A stretch of 58,487 bases of DNA, taken from positions 1 to 58,487 of the forward strand of contig NW_021833092.1 of the NCBI RefSeq assembly GCF_006345805.1. Reading direction: 5' to 3'. Positions 49,858 to 58,487 of the stretch are shown here, one piece after another (position 1 is the first letter of the stretch; each line of letters begins with the position of its first letter). The position numbers and the translations under genes are program-made. The DNA is from Octopus sinensis. Taxonomy: Eukaryota. The notes under the pieces were generated by a model that saw only the letters and a list, made by a program, of their open reading frames with translations, was not told where the DNA came from and made no database searches.

Positions 49858-50345
49858 TGGGTCAATAAATTAAGTACCAGTGAAACACTGGGGTCGTTGT
49901 AATCGTCTGGTCCCCTCCCCTAAAAATTCCAGGCCTTGTGCCTATAGTAGAAAGGATTATTATTAAGCTGGCAGAATCGTTAGCACGCCGGGCGAAATGC
50001 TTCGCGGTATTTCGTCTGCCATTAAGTTCTGAGTTCAAATTTGCCTTTCATCCTTTCGGGGTCGATAAATTAAGTACCAGTTACGTACTGGGGTCGATAT
50101 AATCAACTTAATCCGTTTGTCTGTCCTTGTCTGTCCCCTCTATGTTTAGCCCCTTGTGAGCAATAAAGAAATAGGTATTTAGGACCCTTCTTTACGTCCT
50201 AAGTTCAAATGCCGCTGAGGTTGACTTGGCATTTCATCGTTTCGGGGCCGATAGAATAAGTGCCAGTTGAGTACTGGGGTTGATGTAATCAAATGTACCC
50301 CTACCCTAAAATTTCAGGTCTTGTGAATTTAGTAGAAAGGATTAA
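49515..50345 (+). mobile_element. Head-to-tail array of four group-A SINE copies/fragments with (ATT)n spacer (49741-49857)
   Basis: Old A copy 49515-49740, A2 3' half 49858-49965, A1 49966-50178, A2 50180-50345. A further antisense copy lies at about 49140-49372. Confidence 0.82.
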
Positions 50346-51239
50346 TATTAAGGATTAATATTAACAACGCCAGTGAAGTAACATATTTCAAGAATAACTT
50401 GTTGCTTAATCCGCCAGCCAGTCGTCGCTGGAGCATACTTAAAATCAAAGATATTCCAATTGTGCCCACTCGGGGCACAGTTGTTCAGGACCTTTATCCA
50501 ACGTTATTTTCTATATTTTACTTTTTATGGTAGAGAGTGATTTGAGGAAGTCTTGGACTGCTATTTTCTCCAGCTCTAATGAGCTTATAGTGTAAGGCTG
50601 CTAAACGCTTTTCTCGTCTGCAAATTTGAAACTGCTCGCTGACGTAATCGCTAAAATCTCGGCTTGATACCAAAAACAATAATAGAGTATAATACTAAAT
50701 ACCAAACAATTTGTAAAATTTTATAATTCAGATTGTTAGTGAATATGCGCTCTCGTAGTTTCGCATACATTTGCAGTTTCCTCTTCGTGCTAATCAGGCC
50801 TCCCATCTCTGCCGTCGAGGCCTCCTAGTTGACATGTAAATCTCTAGTGAAGAGACGTATGATTAGGGACAACACACAGCTACAGATAGGAGGAATACTG
50901 TTGATTCAATGGGTGGTTTGTTAGTTTGCTGTACTCAACAGAGAGACTGTTACATCTACTTAATGCAATGAAAGCCAGTGATAAAATACTAGGGCTGGGT
51001 GCTTGAGATTCGGACAATAATTAACGAAAAAGCTTGGTTGCGTGATAAAGAAATTCGCTACAAAACTATGCAATTTGTGTTTCGGTCAAACTGTGCGGCA
51101 CTTTGATGAGCTAATCAACAATTAATTAATTAATTAATTAACAAATTGACAATAACGATGAATATAAACATGAACGTATGCTTTTAATGGTTGAATGAGC
51201 TGCCGAAGTGTGGATGCGTGTGTGCATGTATATCTATCT

Positions 51240-51280
<41 letters not shown>

Positions 51281-51363
51281 TATATTAATATATCTATTTA
51301 TCTATTTATATATATATATATATGTACGTGTGCATGTATGTATGTATGTATGTATGTATCTAG

Positions 51364-51411
<48 letters not shown>

Positions 51412-51469
51412 TTGGAAATGGATGCGTGGCATTCAATTAAATAATTAATAATATAAATATAATATATAT

Positions 51470-51645
51470 ATATGGATATATAGGTACAAGATGTCACTAA
51501 CAGTAAACAACATGAAATACGAAAGCAAATGAGTTAAATATGCAAATAACAAGAAAAAAATGGAAAACAAGACCAGCAATACAAAGAATTCAAAGAACGC
51601 CCCTTCATCAGTTGTCGGCTGTCTATCTACTCCCCATTTATGCAC
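51470..51645 (-). mobile_element. PLE-like terminal fragment next to (TA)n with degenerate hammerhead-like motif (51573-51618)
   Basis: Reverse complement ccgacaa CTGATGA aggggcgttcttt GAA ttcttt GTA ttgctgg. Confidence 0.45.
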
Positions 51646-52364
51646 ACACACACACACAACACACATGAATACATTTATGTAAGTATATATATATATATGT
51701 GTTGGACAAGAACATTTCTCAATAGATAAGGCAAAGTTATCAATGACCTTTTTAACTTAGACAAAAATGGGAATGGTCAACTAGAATATTTCAAATTTAG
51801 TATTTTATTGCTGCTTTCTTTTGTTGAGCACTTGGAGATAAAAAGCAAACATGACAAAGGTAGGATGTGAACTCGGAACGTCAAAAACCATAAAAACCAC
51901 ATGGCAATATTGTTTGATGTTCTGTTTTTTTTTGCCAAAATAGTCTAACGATTTTATGAATACATCACTCCAATTAGAAACTGAAATCCTATTCCAGTGT
52001 AGGCCCACGGCCTGAAATTTTGGAGGTAGGGTAGTCGTTTACATCGCTCCGATAGAGCGAAAAGTGAACCCGACTTTGGCGGCATTTGAACTCAGAGCGT
52101 AAAGCCGGGAGAAATGCCGCTAAGCATTTCGTGCAACATGGTAACAATCCTGCTAGCTTGCCGCCTTAATTAGTATTAATAACAGAAATTAAAAGTGTCA
52201 TTTTACACCATCGTTACACCAAGTTTTACGTTACCGATTGTGGGAAAAGCGGTAAGATGGAGTCGAAGAAAAACGCAAGAAGATTACATCTTTTATCGCT
52301 GTTCTCTCTCACTCTCCCTTATTCTCTCTCTACTCACCCTCTCTCCCGTTCTCTCTCCCTTTCT

Positions 52365-52440
<76 letters not shown>

Positions 52441-52659
52441 AAGTAGGAGAGGGAAAAAGGTAAGAGAGAAAGAAGTGTTAGGTAGCTGAACAATAATTCT
52501 TCTACAGTCACGCACGCAAGCACTCTCTCTCTCTCTCTCTCTGTCACTCTCTCTCTCTCTGTCTCTGTCTCTCTCTCTCTCACATACACACACACACATG
52601 AGCATGTATACACTGATATAAAAGGAGAGACAGGAAGCGAGAAAGAGGTTAAATAAAGG

Positions 52660-52663
52660 ACAA

Positions 52664-52756
<93 letters not shown>

Positions 52757-52867
52757 ATGTATGTATGTATGTATCTATCTATCTATCTTTCTCTGTATGT
52801 ATGTATGTATGTATGTATGTATGTATGTATGTATGTATGTATGTATGTATGTATGTATGTATGTATG

Positions 52868-52910
<43 letters not shown>
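52660..52910. repeat. Compound tetranucleotide microsatellite (ATCT)n/(ATGT)n; similar arrays at 6365-6560, 8606-8720, 9575-9885, 19545-19700, 39685-39760
   Basis: Directly visible. Confidence 0.97.
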
Positions 52911-52912
<2 letters not shown>

Positions 52913-53566
52913 GTAAATAATGAATAGAACGTTTTACTGACGCAGTAAATCCAAGAAAACCGCTTTTGTTGGACTCACCGACTTAATAAAACTTATATTC
53001 AATATAGCCACAGCCGACGAGGAAAAGGGTAAAAGAGCACACACACACACACACACACACACACGAACACAAATATGCGTGTATAATATACAGGGTACAA
53101 ATTGCGTGTGTGTTTGTTCGCGCTTAGCACATGATTCTACAGAAATCTAGGTAGAGCCCTTTATGCAGGGGGCCGTGCGATTAAGCTATATTGGCACTGT
53201 GTTAGAAATGTGTTGAGTAAGCGACAGCCATTTTGGGTGGTGTCTCAGGCTCCTTTAAACACGCGCACATACTCATGTACGAACACACACATATACGAAC
53301 ACACGCATATACGTGCCCCTCCACACACACAGGCTCCCCCACCCCACCCCCACACTGTGAGCGGTAGGTTTATTCCATCTCTTTTTCGGTTCATTATCAC
53401 CGCCGCTACCTGGTACATGGATGCCTTTAGTTGGAATTACTCTGTTTGAAGCATGATGAAGCCAGATCCGACAATAACTTCGTTCCTTCCTCCACCCAGC
53501 CCCCAGAAGCCGTGACAGAGGTCAATGGCGCTACACTCCACCTTCTAACTAAAAACTATTAAACAA

Positions 53567-53643
<77 letters not shown>

Positions 53644-53671
53644 CGCTCATACACATATCTGTAGATTATCT

Positions 53672-53826
53672 TTTTCTTTATGGCCCACAAGGGGCTAAAC
53701 ATAGAGGGGACAAACAAGGACAGACAAGGGGATTAAGTCGATTACATCGACCCCAGTGCGTAACTGGTACTTAATTTATCGAGTCCGAAAGGATGAAAAG
53801 CAAAGTCGACCTCGGCGGAATTTGAA
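53672..53826 (-). mobile_element. Group A1 SINE, 5'-truncated, 16-bp TSD
   Basis: TSD atctgtagattatctt at 53657-53672 and 53827-53842. Confidence 0.92.
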
Positions 53827-54219
53827 ATCTGTAGATTATCTTGCATAGTTATATCAGCTTCTACAAACTGGCAGAATCGTTCGCTGCATGTCAGAACGAA
53901 TTTCGCTAAGATTGACTTTACATATCATCGTTTCGGGGTCGATAAAACAAGTACCAGTTGAGCCTTGAGTCGATTTAATCGATATCCCCCTCCCCCTAAA
54001 TTACTGGCCTTGTGCCAAAATTAGAAGCCAACATTAAGTCTGGAAGAAAGGTCGGTATGGTCGTAGCTGGGACATCATTTTATCATAGATATAGTGGATT
54101 TCACTTGACTTGGGATTAAACAGCAAAGGTACTCGTAAAAGGAGAGTTTGTACACTCAATGCCTGCATGACTGTTGGATCAAGTCTGACCATGGCTAAAC
54201 AACAACAACTGTAGCAACA

Positions 54220-54250
<31 letters not shown>

Positions 54251-55411
54251 CAGCACAATAAGTGGGCCGTTACGTGGTTTATTGACCTTCGAGAAATAGC
54301 AACTAAATCTCTTTGAAGTAACAAATTTTGAATTTCTTTGGATTATATTACTGTCGCATTTGGGTTGCCATAGAGTTAAACAACAACTTTGAACCTTCGA
54401 TGAAATGTTTGTATAGTTGGGCTGTTGTTATTTAACGCTGGTTCGGCCTAATCGAGAGGAATTATGATCATAGGAATAACATACGAGATCATTCAGTTTC
54501 TTTATCTGTACGTAACGACTTCAGGATCACATTAGCCAACACATCCTATTTTAAAACTGTAGGTTGTGGTTTATTAGAAATTTTGCCGCTATGTCTCTTG
54601 AGTGTAACAGCCAAGGCTACCATGACGCAAATTCTATGTGGGCGCTAGACTTGCGCGAAATTATAAACAAATCTCCTTCAGATCTTAGCCGTATTTTTTC
54701 AAAGAGAGAATAAGATGTATCAGATATTGCAGTCCGAGCTATGCCTGAAAAAGTAAAAGACTGGTTGCTGCAGAAATTCAACTTTTGCGAGAGCTAAACT
54801 TTTATAACAGCAATCTCCTCCTTTACCTTAAGAACGAAGGGCGTCCCGATGCGGACGCTCGACCTTCTTTCTAGGTTTAGTAACCAAATCTTCCTTAAGT
54901 CACACCAGTCAACTTGATGACAAAACATTCAGCAATGTAGTCCAAGGTGTGTAAATCATCTGGAGGAACAAGGGTGGAACGACATATTCCAAAGGAGTGA
55001 GAGGTTCTACCTGTTGTTAAATAGTAAGAACACAATACCAGAGGTACTACTGAAGATAGCAAGGGTAACCTCTAATCATTGCTGTGTATTGGTCGGTGGG
55101 ATGCACTTTATATTTGAATGAGGGAAAGCTGGGGTGATCTGGATTGTAACATATTTTTCTTAATCTATGTTAAGCATCTCTCTCCCTCTCTCATACACAC
55201 ACACATACACATACAGATGCTTACACACGTACACACGCACAAATATATTTAAGTAGTCACGTTAGTAACTTGAAGATTGAGAGTGCCGGACCTTGCATTT
55301 GAAAAAGTTTTATAAGTTCGTACACACACACATATACGCACATACATAAACACACACATACACACATATATGCCTGTGTGTGTGCGTATATATATATATT
55401 TATATATGTAT

Positions 55412-55463
<52 letters not shown>

Positions 55464-55924
55464 TGTCTGTGTGTATGTGTACATGTATGTGTACATGTAT
55501 GTATATACGTATGTATATATATATGTGTGTATGTGTGTGTGTATGAAAAAATCGGCTGTAAAACAACATTGAGGAATTAGTGGGCAACAATATACAATAG
55601 AATTCGATAAGCGTAACGATACATAACGTGCATGCATACATGCATACATACATACATACAAACATACATACATACATACATACATACATACATACATACA
55701 TACATGTACTCTTGTGTCCACGGGAACACAAACACCGCATGCATGTAGTGTATGTATGCATGTGAGCAACTGATGATCAACATGAGAAATCAACTTGCAA
55801 AATCAATAAGAAAAATATATTTGAATTTTTAAAACAAAAAATTGAAATTTAAAGCAAACTGTTGGACGCAATGTTGTGTGTACGAGTGTCTGAATGTATG
55901 TATGTATGTATGTATGTATGTATG

Positions 55925-55955
<31 letters not shown>

Positions 55956-55981
55956 GTGTCCATATGCTTGGTGGAGTGCAG

Positions 55982-56023
<42 letters not shown>

Positions 56024-56396
56024 CTTCAAGAAAGTTAGGGGTTGTGAATCCAACCAACTAAGGGATAATATCTATCCAATATACAGCTGGTAGAATACCC
56101 AATTATTAATACACAAGTGTTTTTTATTGCATTGCAATTACATTACCTAGTGTACTAAATGGGTGAAGGTAAAGAGATATTTTACCATTAATAAAAAAAC
56201 ATGAATATTTTTTATAATAATTACTGGTATCCTTATATATTACTATATTTTATATCTTATATCTTATATGTAAAGAATAATATGTTATATGTATGTATGT
56301 TATTGTAATTATCAGTTTAATAAATAAACAAGTTAACATAATTTAATGTCTAAAAGTTGATGAACCACCTATTATTCTCCTCCATTTTCTTATTTG

Positions 56397-56434
<38 letters not shown>

Positions 56435-56993
56435 CATATATGACTGTGGACGTTTTGGGATGTGTGTCTTTGTATCGTGCGTGAGTGATTTTGTGCGTGT
56501 GTACTGGTTTATATCTTTGGACAGATTATGTATGTGCATGAGTGTATGTATGCGAATCTGTCACGATAGATGCGCAATGGTTTCAAGTGAATATGAGCGC
56601 TAAGTGCGTGAAGTTATACCTGTGTGTGTGTGTGCGTGTGTTTGTGTGCGTGAAACAAGCTTTTATCCGAAGTTTGAATTGACAACTAAATGCATGCAAG
56701 TAAAGTTTCGTATAGCGTACATATGTATAATTGTGTATGTATGTCTATGTGTGTGTGTGTGTATGTGTATATGTGTTTATGTATTATAGATGTGTGCGTG
56801 TGTGCGTGTTCTCATTTTCTTCTTTTTTTTTTGTTTGGAACTTCACATGGCTTCAGCTGAAGTGCTGTAGTTAAAAAGCAAGTTCGGTGTGAATGTGTGT
56901 AAAAGCTTGTGCACATGCATGTTTGTATGTTTGGGTGTGTGAGAGTATGTGTGTGTCTGTGTGTGCGTCTTTGAATACACACAAATGTTCTCA

Positions 56994-57037
<44 letters not shown>

Positions 57038-57154
57038 TATAGCTAGATAGATAGATACACATATGAACATTTGATGTATGTTTTCTATCTTGATATCTGG
57101 GTATATGTATGCACACCCATATCACACATATGTATATATATACATGCATAAATG

Positions 57155-57189
<35 letters not shown>

Positions 57190-57294
57190 AAATGTATGTA
57201 TGCGTGTTGTGTGAATGTACTTAAAATCTTGTGTGTATGCGTGTTGTGTGAATGTACTTAAAATCTTGCGTGCGTGTGTGTATGCGTGTGTATG

Positions 57295-57326
<32 letters not shown>

Positions 57327-57769
57327 CGTGCGTCTATTTCAATACTGCGTTAAATGTAATTAGGGGGCCCTTACCTGAAGTTAAAATTCAGCACTGTGCA
57401 ACTGCAGAATGGCACAGCCAAGTTGAATACAGATGTTAAAAATCAAATCTCCAAGAACGAAACAAATAAATTAGACCGAACTAAGAAATCCTTGTTCGCA
57501 ATTTCCACTTATTGTTAATATTAGTAGTAGTAATAATAGTAATAATAGTAATAATAATTTTCTTATTACTACTACTAGTAAAGGGTTAGTGTTTCGGATA
57601 AGGTCACTTGAGTGTGTGTGTATGTGTATGTGTGTGTTTGAGATGTTCTGTTTAGTGTAAGGTTTTTTTCTCTACTTTTTGGTAAAAAGAGATTCCACTG
57701 AAGCGCTTACGGTCCGTAAGTTGTGGGTGATGCTATACAAGAGAGAGAACGTCCGCCCGCATCAACAGC

Positions 57770-57782
57770 ATCAGCAAGCAGA

Positions 57783-57823
<41 letters not shown>

Positions 57824-58070
57824 CAGAAGCGATATCAGCATTAACAGCCAGGGTAGCAGCAGCTGCAGTGATGCTGGTGCTGATGATGATGGTGGTGGAG
57901 GTGGTGTTGGTGGTGATGCTGGTGATGGTGATGGTGGTAGTGGTGTTGGTGGTGCTGATGATGATGGTGGTGGTGGTGGTGGTGATGCTGGTGATGGTGG
58001 TGGTGGTGGTGATACTGGTGGTGGTGGTGGTGGTGTTGGGGATGCTGGTGGTGTGGTGGGTGGGATGATA
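57770..58070. repeat. Compound (GCA)/(GGT)/(GAT) trinucleotide repeat; a related array lies on the opposite strand at 40610-40840
   Basis: Directly visible; shared sub-motif ggtgatgctggtggt. Confidence 0.9.
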
Positions 58071-58487
58071 ATGTTTAATAGAAGATGGCGATGGAGAGGG
58101 AGAGGGAGAGCGAGAGAGAGGGAGAGAGAGAGAGATGTTAATGTGTTATAATGGGGAGGTTGTTTTATAATCTGTTGCGAGGAGCAAAAGAAAAAAAAAA
58201 AGAAAAAGAAAAGATGAAGAGAAAGAGATAAATGGAAAGAAATAAAGAGGGAGTCGGAGAGAGCGGTACAAATGGAAATGGGTAGGGGGGGGGTAGAAGA
58301 GTGAGAAGAAGAGGGAGAGAATGTGAGAGAGATAGAGAGAGAGAGAGGGAGTTTAGATGTGTGATGGATGAGAGGTGGCGGAGATAGGAGAAAGGAGGTG
58401 AAAGACAGAGATGAAGATGAGTGGAGAGAGGGGGGAAGTGAAGGGTGAAGGATAGTAAGACAGATGACTAAACTGAAGGAATCTTAT

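Noticed and set aside
57198-57268. 37-bp tandem duplication; also the ~29-bp x3 at 3115-3190 and 10-bp x3 at 4475-4500
   Set aside because: Ordinary slippage products beside microsatellites; no further structure.
57723-58151. Gly/Asp-rich ORF, and the His/Pro-rich ORFs at 40477-40877
   Set aside because: Compound triplet repeats, open in several frames on both strands, without convincing splice or start context.

Overview
This is eukaryotic, AT-rich, non-coding-dominated DNA with very high microsatellite and tRNA-SINE density. The repeat families and composition point to an octopus (coleoid cephalopod) intron or intergenic region; this is inference, not a database hit. No protein-coding gene can be identified, and almost every ORF in the supplied track is a microsatellite translation or an antisense reading of a SINE. 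Supported content: dozens of tRNA-derived SINEs in at least four modular groups (my labels A1/A2/A3, B, C, D), several with exact 12-18 bp TSDs; a mariner MITE; a hAT MITE; a Helitron-like element; a decayed Penelope RT/GIY-YIG fragment; and two R4/Dong-clade non-LTR remnants. Best hidden signals: (1) minimal type-I hammerhead ribozyme folds in short Penelope-like fragments next to (TA)n, one with a U4C core; (2) a ~580-bp R4/Dong mini-element (ORF N-terminus fused to C-terminus), with both R4 remnants ending in the (AAT)n tail of an antisense SINE; (3) a 21-nt repeat relic whose variation is largely synonymous for xxLNTxx heptads; (4) a 204-nt AG-exclusion zone and a dense TGCA/TGCATG cluster suggesting a regulated (micro)exon of an unidentified host gene. 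Family names are from memory of the literature and need Repbase/SINEBase/Dfam confirmation. Ends of degenerate repeats are approximate (about +/-15 nt).
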